A DNA stretch of 63,758 nucleotides from Terriglobales bacterium (GTDB lineage Bacteria; Acidobacteriota; Terriglobia; Terriglobales; Acidobacteriaceae). The notes beneath the pieces were generated by a model. That model had not been told where the DNA came from and ran no database searches. It was given only the letters and a program-made list of their open reading frames with translations. A program made the position numbers and the translations under genes. Positions 39,428 to 49,299 of the stretch are shown one piece after another. Location: positions 1 through 63,758 of the forward strand of contig JBPYDQ010000002.1 in NCBI GenBank assembly GCA_051986135.1, written 5' to 3'. Every line of letters starts with the position of its first letter. Position 1 is the stretch's first letter.

Positions 39428-39709
39428 TCAGCCGAGATTAGCGAGTTTGCGATCGAGTTCGGCTAAAGCACCGTGCAACATGGTGCGGTACTGCGGATGG
39501 GTGGCGCTTTCCAGTTGCTCGACAATGCGCCTGCGATTCAGCAATAAACCCTCTTTTTTCTGCAGCTTAACCTTTTGCTCGGGTGTCAGGAGTAGCTTGC
39601 CTGGTCGGCGTGCCTCTGTGGCTTCCGCCTGCTGTTCCTCGACCGCTTTACTTTCCCATCCACGAGCCATCGTCAACATTATATCCGCGAAATATGGCTT
39701 GGAAGGCAT
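39428..39709 (-). CDS. Small conserved hypothetical protein (MARGWESK N-terminus)
   Basis: 93-aa ORF. The likely start is ATG 39670, giving MARGWESKAVEEQ... The rest is coiled-coil-like. Confidence 0.45.
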   Translation of the reverse strand: MPSKPYFADIMLTMARGWESKAVEEQQAEATEARRPGKLLLTPEQKVKLQKKEGLLLNRRRIVEQLESATHPQYRTMLHGALAELDRKLANLG

Positions 39710-40706
39710 GGTGGTGCTAGATCGATAGCGGTTATTGCTGTACGCGCCGTGCGCTCAAGTCGATTGCCGGACGCCGTTCGTAAGGAAAGTGTCGAGCGAA
39801 CTGTGCAGTGAAACTGTCGGTAATCAACCTTCCATAGATCAGGATTTCCGATCACCTATTTGCCTTTTGGGAACGATTAACTGACTAATGGAGAACAATC
39901 CTCGATGCGGTTATGACAGTCGACTAAATTCTCAGTGGCTGAACGATTCGATCGGTTATTGGCCCTTCTGTTCGAACCTCAGCCGGCCGGCTTAAACCGA
40001 GCTAATCGAATTGATCTCATCTCCCCTGTCTTTACCAAATCCCGCTGCTATCCATCGGTCCCTGATAGGACCATTTCGTCTGTTATCGGTCATCCGAGCC
40101 ATTCAACTCCTCGAACTCGAATCGTTTGCCCGGATTATGCAACGCGATGTTGAAGTGTTTTTGAGTCAGCGCTCGCCGATTGTGCTCGATCTCGATTTAC
40201 GCTCACCGCGGAAAGAAGCTAAACAGTCGGGCTTGTCGCGATCGCGCCAATAGAGGACTGATCCGTCCTATTGGCGACTGCACGTAGAATAACCATTCAA
40301 CAAACCACGCGGACCCTGCTGAACACTTCGCGTTACATCTGTAACTTGTTTTGTCCGAGAACAACGCTTAACTCGCAAAAGAGTACAGAGCCGCGCCATA
40401 TTTGCTTTTACCGAACCTATGCACACCATTTATCGCGCCCGTGTGAACGCAGATATAGTGAGTGCCGTCGCCGCAACGGTCCGGTGTTGACAGAAATTTT
40501 GTTCTCTTTCTCGACGATCAACGGAACACGGTCCCTGCCGACCTCGCCCGCGGTTCCGACCAGAGAATCATCCGTGCGCCTGGAAACGGATCAAAATTGG
40601 GAGCTGAGGAACTGACGTTATCAAGACTTATGACCTCCTGTCCTAGGGCCAGACTCCTTAATCCAGATCCCCGCGTGTGGAGCGTTCTTAGGCGCCACAA
40701 ACCGGG

Positions 40707-40795
40707 CCACCAGCTCTTGCCGTAGACATTCTGGGTCACTCCGATATTCGGGTGACCCATGTTGTCCCGCACAACCTCCGGCCTTGCGCCTTCGC
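40707..40795 (-). pseudogene. 3'-terminal remnant of a tyrosine recombinase (phage-type integrase)
   Basis: The minus-strand frame reads GARPEVVRDNMGHPNIGVTQNVYGKSWW, which matches the integrase C-terminal ...GH..I..T...Y box containing the catalytic Tyr. No upstream catalytic R-H-R region is present. Confidence 0.5.
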
Positions 40796-40846
40796 GCGCA
40801 GCGTATGGGCTGGAATCGATGGTGCCGGAAGCTGCGAAAATACCCT

Positions 40847-42145
40847 TTATCGCTCGAATCGGGGGAATCGAAGTCTCTCGAAAAGCTGTTTGCCATTCGC
40901 GGGCAAATTGGATTTCGGGTGTGTACGTGCGACATCTGCAACCGACCTGCCTATGCTTTGGTTCACAGGGGTTGCCAGAAAGGCGTGGATGTCGCCCGCA
41001 TGCGGTCCGCTGACGACCGTTGCCATGCCCGAGATTTGTCCGCGCTCGTTGATCTTGTTAGCCATGGTTGCGAGGAGGTTGGAACTTCGAGGAAACAGCG
41101 TGTTAAGGTCGGTCATCACGCCGTTCTGCCAGATGAAGGCATGGGACCAGTTGAAGTTGGAGTCCCAGTTGCTTCCCACCACTTGGCCCTGGTTGTTGAT
41201 GCCGCTGGCTATACCGCCAAAATCTCCCGGCAGAAGCCCGAGGTTTGTGAGTACGCCGTCCTGCCAAAACGCGCCATATTGGGTTGTGCCGTCAGAGCTG
41301 CCGACTGTCCCAACAATTTGGCCCTGGTCGTTAATGCCTTGGGCGGCAGCGCCGTTTCCGAAGTCAGGAAGCGGGGAAGCAGTGCGGTTTACCCACGATA
41401 CGGCGTGAAGAACCGTCTGAGTGCAGTTTCGGGAGTCGCCTACGGCTTGGCCCTTATTGTTGATCCAAAATGCGATTCCGTCGGGATCGCCATCCACCGT
41501 AGGAAGGGCCTGGGCTTTGCCATTTTCCCACAGCACCGGCAGCTGAATCCGATTATTAGTTGTGTTAGGCGGGCATGAGGAGTCTACGGTACCGTTTTCT
41601 GCAAATCCTACGATTTGTCCACGGTCATTGATCGCGCTGGCCTGCCCGTTATTTCCGCCGAGCGTCGGGAGAGCGCTCATGTGGAGGAATTGCCAAAGAA
41701 ACGGGCGACACGTAAGGTGTGTGCCGAAGCCGCAAATGTCTTCGCCGTTCGGGTCTAAGACAGCCGTTTCGGAAAAACCTACTATCTGCCCTAAGTCGTT
41801 GATCTCGCCCCAGTTCATCCAACTGTTCCGTCCTCCGAGCGTGCCGAGGTCGAGCTTGAATCCGTCGGCATCTATCAGTGCGCGTCCGTTTAGAAGTTGC
41901 CCGAACAAGTTATCCTGCTGCCCGGGTGGCAAGTTCCCAGCCATTATTTCCGTCCAGCCTTCATTATTGAGGGACATGGCACAACCCAGATTGTCCTTCC
42001 CCTCACTGCCCAAATCGGTAACTTTGTAGCTCGCTTGAGCGAGCGCATCGCTGAACGAAGCCAGAACAATCAGCGTAAGCCACACTATCGAGAAATTCCG
42101 CAACCTCGTGAGCACGCTCATATCTCCTCCTTTTCGTCCGGACAA
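40847..42145 (-). CDS. HAF-family extracellular repeat protein (secreted)
   Basis: Signal peptide followed by repeated TLGG..S.A..IN..GQIVG units and a terminal HAFLATP motif. Confidence 0.75.
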   Translation of the reverse strand: MSGRKGGDMSVLTRLRNFSIVWLTLIVLASFSDALAQASYKVTDLGSEGKDNLGCAMSLNNEGWTEIMAGNLPPGQQDNLFGQLLNGRALIDADGFKLDLGTLGGRNSWMNWGEINDLGQIVGFSETAVLDPNGEDICGFGTHLTCRPFLWQFLHMSALPTLGGNNGQASAINDRGQIVGFAENGTVDSSCPPNTTNNRIQLPVLWENGKAQALPTVDGDPDGIAFWINNKGQAVGDSRNCTQTVLHAVSWVNRTASPLPDFGNGAAAQGINDQGQIVGTVGSSDGTTQYGAFWQDGVLTNLGLLPGDFGGIASGINNQGQVVGSNWDSNFNWSHAFIWQNGVMTDLNTLFPRSSNLLATMANKINERGQISGMATVVSGPHAGDIHAFLATPVNQSIGRSVADVARTHPKSNLPANGKQLFERLRFPRFER

Positions 42146-42620
42146 AGTCTCCGTGCCGAGATGAGTGGCGATTCACGCCGCGTACTCGGCGCGGTCTAAT
42201 TAGTGAATGTGCGATTCAGAGCAGAGGCATGTGGTGTTCCACGTTTACAACGATTACGTGAAACAACCGGCCAAGCATTTCAAATGTCGAAGCAGAGTGG
42301 CGGACTGCAACTTCCGGGGACGGATCCAAAACGGCTAGAGCGACTATTGCTCCAACTTTTCATACACATCGGCGAAAGGGTTACAAAATTCGAGAACACC
42401 GGGCAGCCAAGAATCGAGCCGATTTCTTTCGATTGACTCTGAATGGTTGACGTACATAGTAGTGGGTATGTTAGCTGGTCAAGAGGGGAGAGCGACGCTC
42501 CGTGATCCAGAGCGTACACGGAAAAGCTTCAACGCTGATTCTACGAGAAGAACGTGGGCGGCTTAGGTATCCTCGAGAGTCTTGCAAGGGGGATCAGGGG
42601 CAGTTCCGAACCTGATGTTC

Positions 42621-43415
42621 TCACAACCCAAACAGCTCCCGCAGCCGCTTGGTTTGGGCACGGCTAACCGGTATCTCGATTTGCTTCTTATCATCCATAC
42701 GCAATTGATACGAACTCTTGAACCAAGGCACTACTTCGCGAATTCGGTTGATGTTGACCAGGTACGAGCGGTGCGCGCGCCAGAACAGATTGGGATCCAG
42801 CGAATCGAGTAACTCTTCGAGGGTACGACAGTTGGACACTCCTTCCATGCCGTTGGCCCCCGCAGTTACCACTGTGATTACGCCATCCTCGATCGAGGCG
42901 TAGCAGATATCTTTCTGATCGACCAAAAATAATCTACCTGCAGCTTTGAGCAGGATCTTGGAGGTTGAGGACTTCTGCGCCTCCAGCATGCGCACCAGAG
43001 TCTCGAATTTCTCCGAAGGCGCGCCGGCGGATTCAACTTTCTCCCGCGCTCTCTGGACAGATTGGGCCACGCGTTTCTTGTCGAACGGCTTCAGCAGGTA
43101 ATCAACCGCATTCACTTCGAAAGCCTTCACTGCGTATTGATCGAAGGCTGTCGCAAAGACGATCTGAGGAAGAGAGACTCGCTTATCAAGCAGTTTCTTG
43201 ATCACACCGAAGCCGTCCAAACCCGGCATCTGCACATCGAGAAAGACCACGTCAGGGTTGTGTTCGCGGATCAGACTCACCGCCTCTAAGCCATTCTTAC
43301 CTTGGGCGACGACGTCCACGTCCCCAACATTCTTCAGGAGAAACACCAGTTCGTCGCGCGCCAATTGCTCATCGTCGACGATCACGGCGGACAGGGGCAT
43401 GACTGTTCCTTCCAT
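42621..43415 (-). CDS. LytTR-family response regulator (REC + LytTR DNA-binding domain)
   Basis: REC domain (VIVDDE...DVVFLDVQMPGLDG...AFDQYAVKAFE) plus a LytTR C-terminus (FWRAHRSYLVNINRI). The likely start is ATG 43400 with a GGAAGGAA Shine-Dalgarno. Confidence 0.9.
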   Translation of the reverse strand: MEGTVMPLSAVIVDDEQLARDELVFLLKNVGDVDVVAQGKNGLEAVSLIREHNPDVVFLDVQMPGLDGFGVIKKLLDKRVSLPQIVFATAFDQYAVKAFEVNAVDYLLKPFDKKRVAQSVQRAREKVESAGAPSEKFETLVRMLEAQKSSTSKILLKAAGRLFLVDQKDICYASIEDGVITVVTAGANGMEGVSNCRTLEELLDSLDPNLFWRAHRSYLVNINRIREVVPWFKSSYQLRMDDKKQIEIPVSRAQTKRLRELFGL

Positions 43416-43895
43416 CGATCTCTAGAAGTATATAGGAGTCAGCATTCCACCTTCAGCATTACCCTTTCCTTCATGCAGCCCCAGTCTCCCCGTTTTGGTC
43501 AAAGATTTTTACAGCCACCGATGTCGTCGATGATGCTCGAAGGTCAGGTGTCGCCGTCCACCATGAAATAAGTGCGAGCAACTCACGAAATCCAGCTTGG
43601 CGCCGGTCGAACATTTTGTGGGCGAGAACGAAAGGAAAAGGAAATCCATGCTGGCCGAGGTATGGAGCATCTGGAACGAGCCTGCCCAGCAGCCGCTATC
43701 CCTTGGCAGCCGCAAGTCAGTCGAACCACTGGGCAGCACAAAAGATGACTGGGTGTTGTCGCGTTCGCCAGATGGTAATGAATAGACGGCGCCGTCGACG
43801 GGCAGTGACTGGAGCAGCGAAAAGACAAGCAGCAGCCCTTCTCATCGGCAGAAAGGCGACCGGTAAAGTGCGGTTGACGAAAGCTGTGCGACTCT

Positions 43896-45080
43896 TTATC
43901 GGACATTTTCCAATGCCACCGCCATTCCGATGCCGCCGCTAACACAGAGAGAGGCCACACCGCTGCGAGCCTTGCGGCGCAGCATCTCGTGCAGCAGAGT
44001 GACTGTAATTCGTGTTCCTGTGCACCCGATCGGGTGGCCCAGGGCGATGGCGCCGCCGTTCACGTTCAGCTTATCGCGGTCGAAATGAAGCTCTCGATCG
44101 CAGGCCAACACCTGTGCCGCGAACGCCTCATTGAGCTCGATCAGATCAAATCCGGAGAGTTTCAGGTGATGCTTCCGTTCCATCTTGCGCAGAGCCGGTA
44201 CCGGAGCGATCCCCATGATACGCGGATCGACTCCGACAGAAGTTACGGCCACAATTCGCGCCAGCGGCCTGAGATGATTCTTCTCGACAAATTCCTCACT
44301 CGCCATCACCACAGCCGCGGCGCCATCGGTGATTCCCGATGAATTGCCCGCAGTGATGGTTCCAGACTTCGAAAACACCGGCGCCAGTTTCGCCATCTTG
44401 TCAAGAGTGGCGCCGATGAATGGATGCTCATCGCGAGAGAAGACCTGAGCACCCGTCTTTGTTTCAATGGGGATGGGAGCAATTTCCTCTTCGAACCTGC
44501 CACTCTCGATGGCGCGTTGGGCTCGGGTCTGCGAACACAGTGCGAACTGATCCTGTTCCTCGCGAGTAATTTTGTACTGTTTGGCAAGCACTTCCGCCGT
44601 TTCTCCCATAACCATTCTCGCTAGCGGGCAGAAGAACCCGTCGCGGTACATGCCGTCGATCAACTCCTGATGACCCAAGCGGTATCCCCAGCGCGCGCCG
44701 TCGAGGTAATAGGGCAGGCGCGACATGGATTCGGTTCCGCCCGCCAAAATACAATCTAGATTTCCGCTCGCTATCTCTTGTCCTGCCAGCGCAATCGATT
44801 TCATACCCGAGGCGCACGCCTGGTTGACGGTGTAGGCGGGTACCTCCTCGGGAACTCCGCTGCGAATGGAAATTTGGCGGGCTGGATTGGGCCCGCCGCC
44901 GGCTTGCCGGGCGTTCCCGAAAATGGTTTCTTCCACCTGTTCAGGCCTAACGCGGGCACGCTCCAGGGCCGCCTTTGCAGCGATCACGCCCATGTCTGCC
45001 GCGGTAAAGGATGCCAGCGACCCGCCGAACTTGCCGATCGGTGTTCGCACTGCCGAAATAAGGAAGACGTCGTTCACCAT
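43896..45080 (-). CDS. Acetyl-CoA C-acetyltransferase (thiolase)
   Basis: VFLISAVRTPIGKFGG N-terminus, NQACASGM active-site Cys, and the GNSSGITDGAA and NGGAIALGHPIGCTG motifs. The ORF opens at 45281, but Met at 45080 gives the canonical length. Confidence 0.9.
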   Translation of the reverse strand: MVNDVFLISAVRTPIGKFGGSLASFTAADMGVIAAKAALERARVRPEQVEETIFGNARQAGGGPNPARQISIRSGVPEEVPAYTVNQACASGMKSIALAGQEIASGNLDCILAGGTESMSRLPYYLDGARWGYRLGHQELIDGMYRDGFFCPLARMVMGETAEVLAKQYKITREEQDQFALCSQTRAQRAIESGRFEEEIAPIPIETKTGAQVFSRDEHPFIGATLDKMAKLAPVFSKSGTITAGNSSGITDGAAAVVMASEEFVEKNHLRPLARIVAVTSVGVDPRIMGIAPVPALRKMERKHHLKLSGFDLIELNEAFAAQVLACDRELHFDRDKLNVNGGAIALGHPIGCTGTRITVTLLHEMLRRKARSGVASLCVSGGIGMAVALENVR

Positions 45081-45173
45081 GCTCTCCGTAACCACCACTC
45101 TTAGTCTAGCCGAGACTCTCTCCGCTTGCCCGTTCGACGGGACACGCTCCCGGGAAGCATATAAACTACTGAG

Positions 45174-45926
45174 GTGCACCTGATCTACGGCGTCAATTCT
45201 GTGAGTGAGGCCCTGAAGACGCGCGGACGGGCTTTTGAGTTCGTCACCATGGCCAAGGAGCGCCACGATCTGCGGCTGCAACGCTTGATGGAAGAATGCC
45301 GCCGTATCGGTTTGCCGGTCCGCTTTGTGTCACGGGCGGAACTGGACCGCATGGCCGGAAACGTGGCGCATCAGGGGGTGGTCGCGGTCACCTCGGCCAA
45401 GCAATACAGCGATCTGGCTGACTTAATCCGAGCAAAACGTGGAGTCTATTCCCTCGTCTTGATACTGGACGGAATCGAAGACCCACATAACCTGGGCGCC
45501 ATTGTTCGCACTGCGGATGCCGCCGGGGTGGACGGACTCATCATTCCTGAACGCCGTGCCGCCGGGGTGAGCGGCACCGTGACCAAGGTATCCGCGGGGG
45601 CTACTGCTCACGTACCAATTACCAAGGTGACTAACATTGCCCGCACGCTCGAAGACTTGCAAGAGCAGAATTTCTGGATCGTCGGCCTCGACGAGCGTTC
45701 ACCGGATACCTACGACACCCTCGATTTCAACATGAACTGCGCCTTGGTGCTCGGTCGAGAAGGAAAGGGTATGCATGATCTGGTGCGAAAGAAATGTGAT
45801 TTTCTGGTATCGATTCCCATGCTGGGCAAAGTTCCTTCTTTAAACGTGTCGGTAGCCGCCGGTGTAGTTCTGTACGAGATTGTGCGGCAGAGGCGCATCA
45901 AGGACGCAGTCGAGGCCACAGGATGA
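45174..45926 (+). CDS. rlmB: TrmH-family 23S rRNA (guanosine-2'-O)-methyltransferase, RlmB-like
   Basis: SpoU motifs LDGIEDPHNLGAIVRTA, VLGREGKGM and IPMLGKVPSLNVSVA. GTG start. Confidence 0.82.
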   Translation: MHLIYGVNSVSEALKTRGRAFEFVTMAKERHDLRLQRLMEECRRIGLPVRFVSRAELDRMAGNVAHQGVVAVTSAKQYSDLADLIRAKRGVYSLVLILDGIEDPHNLGAIVRTADAAGVDGLIIPERRAAGVSGTVTKVSAGATAHVPITKVTNIARTLEDLQEQNFWIVGLDERSPDTYDTLDFNMNCALVLGREGKGMHDLVRKKCDFLVSIPMLGKVPSLNVSVAAGVVLYEIVRQRRIKDAVEATG

Positions 45927-47659
45927 AGCTGCTCCACCCTTTATTGTTGTCCTTTTGCTGTCTACTTCCGGCTACAGGTTTCTCTCTCGATCGCAATGCG
46001 TTTACCTTCACTCGTTACGATCTCCGCCTGCAAATAGAACCCGGGCAGCAGCGGCTGGGGGTACGCGGCAGGGTCACCCTGCGAAACGATTCGGGGATCG
46101 CGCAGAAGAATGCGGTCCTGCAGATCTCCTCATCCTTAGACTGGCGCTCCATCAAACTAAATGGCGAGGCAGCGTCCTATGTTTCCCAACTCTACACCTC
46201 CGACCTTGACCATACAGGGGGTTTATCGGAAGCGATTGTTAGTTTTCCGCGAGAGATTCCGCCTGAGCAGACGGTCGAACTGGAGGTCGGTTATGAAGGC
46301 GTAATTCTCCTGGATGCCACCCGCCTGACCAGAATGGGTGTGCCGGAATCGACGGCCAAACACAGCGACTGGGACCAGATCAGCCCGGAGTTTACCGCTG
46401 TGCGCGGCGTCGGATACGTGACCTGGTATCCAATTGCGACCGAAGCGGCGAGCCTTTCGGAGGGCAGTACGGTCTTTGCAACCATCGGCGCGTGGAAGGC
46501 TCGCGAACGGGATTCGAACCTGCATGCCCAGGTTTGCTTGACGGCCGCAACCGAGGAGAACTTCCCCACAATCTTGGTAAATGATATTCCCATGGGGGAT
46601 TCTTCCCCTGGCAGCTTCTCGGGTCCGCTCGCTAACTCCAGGACAAACTGTGGGGAGCACAACTTCACCAATTTGGGCTTTACGGTTCCAACCTTCGTCT
46701 CAGCCCGCTTCCTCCGATCCGACGCCCCATCGGTTCTCAGCTATGTGCTCGAACAGCATGGGCAGAGTGCCGCGGTTTTCACCCAGGCGGCACAAGCGGT
46801 CATGCCTTTCATCACCGAATGGTTTGGCCAACCGAAGCATCCCGTCAGAGTGGTAGATATCGAAGATGCCCAGGCCGCGCCCTTTGAGAGTGGGCTTATG
46901 TTATTAGCGCCCTTCGAGAATACCGATCCGAAGCTGGCGGAAATGATGTTGGCCCACCAGTTGACGCACGCGGCATTCCCGTCGCCTCGGCCATGGATCG
47001 ACGAGGGTCTGGCCCATTTCGCCCAGGCTCTCTGGCGTGAGCAGCAGGCCGGCCGTCAGGCTGCACTCGCCTACATGGGGTCACATCTGTCGGCGTTGGC
47101 AGCCGCCGAGAAGGCAACTGCAGCCCAGACGGACTCCGCTCGGTTGCAATCAATGATCTCGACGACTGAAGAAGAGTACTACCGCAGCAAAGCCATGTTC
47201 ATATGGTGGATGTTGCGTGACATGGTTGGCGATTCGGTCGTGAAGAAAGCCATAGCCGCCTATCGCCCCGAGAACGACAATGCGCCTTCCTATGTGCAGA
47301 GACTCATCGAGACCGAATCGCATCGCGACCTGGAATGGTTCTTTGATGACTGGGTTTATCGTGATCGCGGACTGCCTGACTTTCGAGTGGTTTCCGCCTA
47401 CACGCGCCAGATGCTGAAGGGAGCGTATCTGGTGACCATCTCGGTCGAGAATCAGGGCGCTGCCGGTGCCGAAGTTCCAGTCATGGTACGCCTCGATGGC
47501 GGTGAAGTGACCAGCAGACTTGTTATCCCCGCAAAATCCACCGCGGTGGTCCGGGTTCAGGTTCCATCTCAGCCGCGGGAAATCGTGGTGAATGACGGCA
47601 GCGTGCCGGAAGGCGACACCGGAAACAACGTTTTCCGAATAGAGGAAACCAAGCAATGA
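45923..47659 (+). CDS. M1-aminopeptidase-like secreted protein with HQxxH in place of HExxH
   Basis: Signal peptide. MLAHQLTHAAFPSPRPWIDEGLAHF resembles the gluzincin HExxH...(W)xxEG module, but the catalytic Glu codon is CAG (Gln) at 46958-46960. Confidence 0.55.
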   Translation: MKLLHPLLLSFCCLLPATGFSLDRNAFTFTRYDLRLQIEPGQQRLGVRGRVTLRNDSGIAQKNAVLQISSSLDWRSIKLNGEAASYVSQLYTSDLDHTGGLSEAIVSFPREIPPEQTVELEVGYEGVILLDATRLTRMGVPESTAKHSDWDQISPEFTAVRGVGYVTWYPIATEAASLSEGSTVFATIGAWKARERDSNLHAQVCLTAATEENFPTILVNDIPMGDSSPGSFSGPLANSRTNCGEHNFTNLGFTVPTFVSARFLRSDAPSVLSYVLEQHGQSAAVFTQAAQAVMPFITEWFGQPKHPVRVVDIEDAQAAPFESGLMLLAPFENTDPKLAEMMLAHQLTHAAFPSPRPWIDEGLAHFAQALWREQQAGRQAALAYMGSHLSALAAAEKATAAQTDSARLQSMISTTEEEYYRSKAMFIWWMLRDMVGDSVVKKAIAAYRPENDNAPSYVQRLIETESHRDLEWFFDDWVYRDRGLPDFRVVSAYTRQMLKGAYLVTISVENQGAAGAEVPVMVRLDGGEVTSRLVIPAKSTAVVRVQVPSQPREIVVNDGSVPEGDTGNNVFRIEETKQ

Positions 47660-47854
47660 GACCCACCACAGAGCCGCGAAGACGCGCCTGTCCCTTTGAC
47701 TCTCTCTGCTATAGCGAATGACTAAGAAGGAGAAGCAATAACCACGCCTCATCTGTCAAGCCATCTGTGCCCAGCGTGGCGGCGCGGGATTATCCTCAAT
47801 ATCCGTGTCCCGTCCGGGCCTCCGTGGTAGGTTCTGATTACGGAGGGCAAGTTC

Positions 47855-49288
47855 TTGGCCTATATCCAATTCTTAGGCGCTGCCGGGGTAGTGACCGGTT
47901 CCAAGCACCTCATCAACACAGGCTCGGATTCCCGCGGGAAAGACGGTTTTCAACTGCTGATCGATTGCGGACTCTTTCAGGGCCCGAAGCAGTGGCGGGA
48001 GCGAAACTGGCAGGACATGCCGGTTCCAGCCAAAGAAATTGACGCAGTGGTTCTGACCCACGCCCACCTCGATCATTCCGGATGGATTCCACGGCTCGTC
48101 AGGGAAGGCTTTGGTGGGCAGATTTACGCGACCCGACCGACCATCGATTTGTGCAGCATTCTCCTTCCCGACTCCGGCCACCTGCAGGAAGAAGACGCCG
48201 AATTTCATAACAAACACAAGAGTTCGAAGCACACGCCGGCGCTGCCTCTCTACACCTCCCATGAGGCCCAGGCCTCCTTGCAATATTTCAAGCCGGTTGA
48301 GTTGGACGAGTCCAAGCAGCTTTGTCCCCAATTATCGTTCCGCTGCGTCCGCGCCGCGCACATTTTGGGTTCTTGCATGGTGGAAGTCACTTTGCGGACG
48401 GACGGTGATAGCTGGAAACTGCTGTTTACCGGAGATCTCGGCCGCGTACCGAACCAGAGCGTTACGCCCGGCAAAGTCGTACATTCAGGTCCTACGGAGG
48501 GGGAGACCGCAGATCTTCTGGTTATGGAATCAACCTACGGCAACCGCCGCCATCCAAGCGCCGATCCCGGTCCCCAGCTGGCCTCGATCATCAAGGAGAC
48601 GGTCGAACGTGGCGGAACCGTAATAGTGCCCGCCTTCGCTGTCGAGCGCACCCAGAAATTCCTCTTCATGCTGAAAGAATTGATGGAGACGGGCCAGATT
48701 CCGCGACTGCCTGTCTACTGCGACAGCCCGATGGCGATCAAGGCGATTGAGGTCTTCCTGACCTATACCGACGAATATAGTGAGGACACCCGCAATCTGA
48801 TTCGCCGATGTGGATCACCGCTGGAGTGGTCGGGTTTTACCTTTGCGGCCACGCCGCAAGAGTCCAGGAAAATCAACGCTGACTACTCTCCTTCGATCAT
48901 CATTTCTGCCAGCGGCATGGCGACCGGGGGACGCATTCTGCATCACTTAGCGCAGCGCATGCCCGATGCCAGGAACACAATTCTGTTCATCGGCTTCCAG
49001 GCTCCGGGCACACGCGGCCATGCCATTAAGAACGGAGCGCGCTCATCGAAGATATTCGGTCAACAGATACCTGTCCGGGCCAAGGTGGTGGCCCTCGAAC
49101 AGTTCAGCGATCACGCCGATCCGCCAGAAATGTTGGCATGGCTCGACACCTTCAAGAACAAGCCCGGAAGAACCTACCTGGTGCACGGTGAACCGGCCGC
49201 GTCCTCCCTGTTGCGCGATATGATAAACAAGGAACTGGCTTGGAAGGTCGAAATAGCGGAGTGGATGCAGAAGGTGGAGCTCTCCTGA
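47855..49288 (+). CDS. MBL-fold beta-CASP ribonuclease-like hydrolase
   Basis: VVLTHAHLDHSGWIP (HxHxDH) and a beta-CASP/RNA-specificity C-terminal region ending FSDHAD. TTG start. Confidence 0.82.
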   Translation: MAYIQFLGAAGVVTGSKHLINTGSDSRGKDGFQLLIDCGLFQGPKQWRERNWQDMPVPAKEIDAVVLTHAHLDHSGWIPRLVREGFGGQIYATRPTIDLCSILLPDSGHLQEEDAEFHNKHKSSKHTPALPLYTSHEAQASLQYFKPVELDESKQLCPQLSFRCVRAAHILGSCMVEVTLRTDGDSWKLLFTGDLGRVPNQSVTPGKVVHSGPTEGETADLLVMESTYGNRRHPSADPGPQLASIIKETVERGGTVIVPAFAVERTQKFLFMLKELMETGQIPRLPVYCDSPMAIKAIEVFLTYTDEYSEDTRNLIRRCGSPLEWSGFTFAATPQESRKINADYSPSIIISASGMATGGRILHHLAQRMPDARNTILFIGFQAPGTRGHAIKNGARSSKIFGQQIPVRAKVVALEQFSDHADPPEMLAWLDTFKNKPGRTYLVHGEPAASSLLRDMINKELAWKVEIAEWMQKVELS

Positions 49289-49299
49289 AGGTGGTTTCT

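Noticed and set aside
42146-42620. Small ORFs (37-50 codons) and short inverted repeats (ATTCAC...GTGAAT, TGAAT-N6-ATTCA) between the HAF gene and the LytTR gene, examined as possible signalling peptides or LytTR boxes.
   Set aside because: The ORFs have no Shine-Dalgarno sequences. The repeats are short (5-6 bp) and do not form the 9-bp direct repeats spaced about 12 nt apart that are typical of LytTR sites.
46505-46520. GGGATTCGAACC, the reverse-complement hallmark of a tRNA T-arm.
   Set aside because: It lies inside the coding frame of the M1-like gene (…ARERDSNLHAQ…) and has no surrounding cloverleaf.
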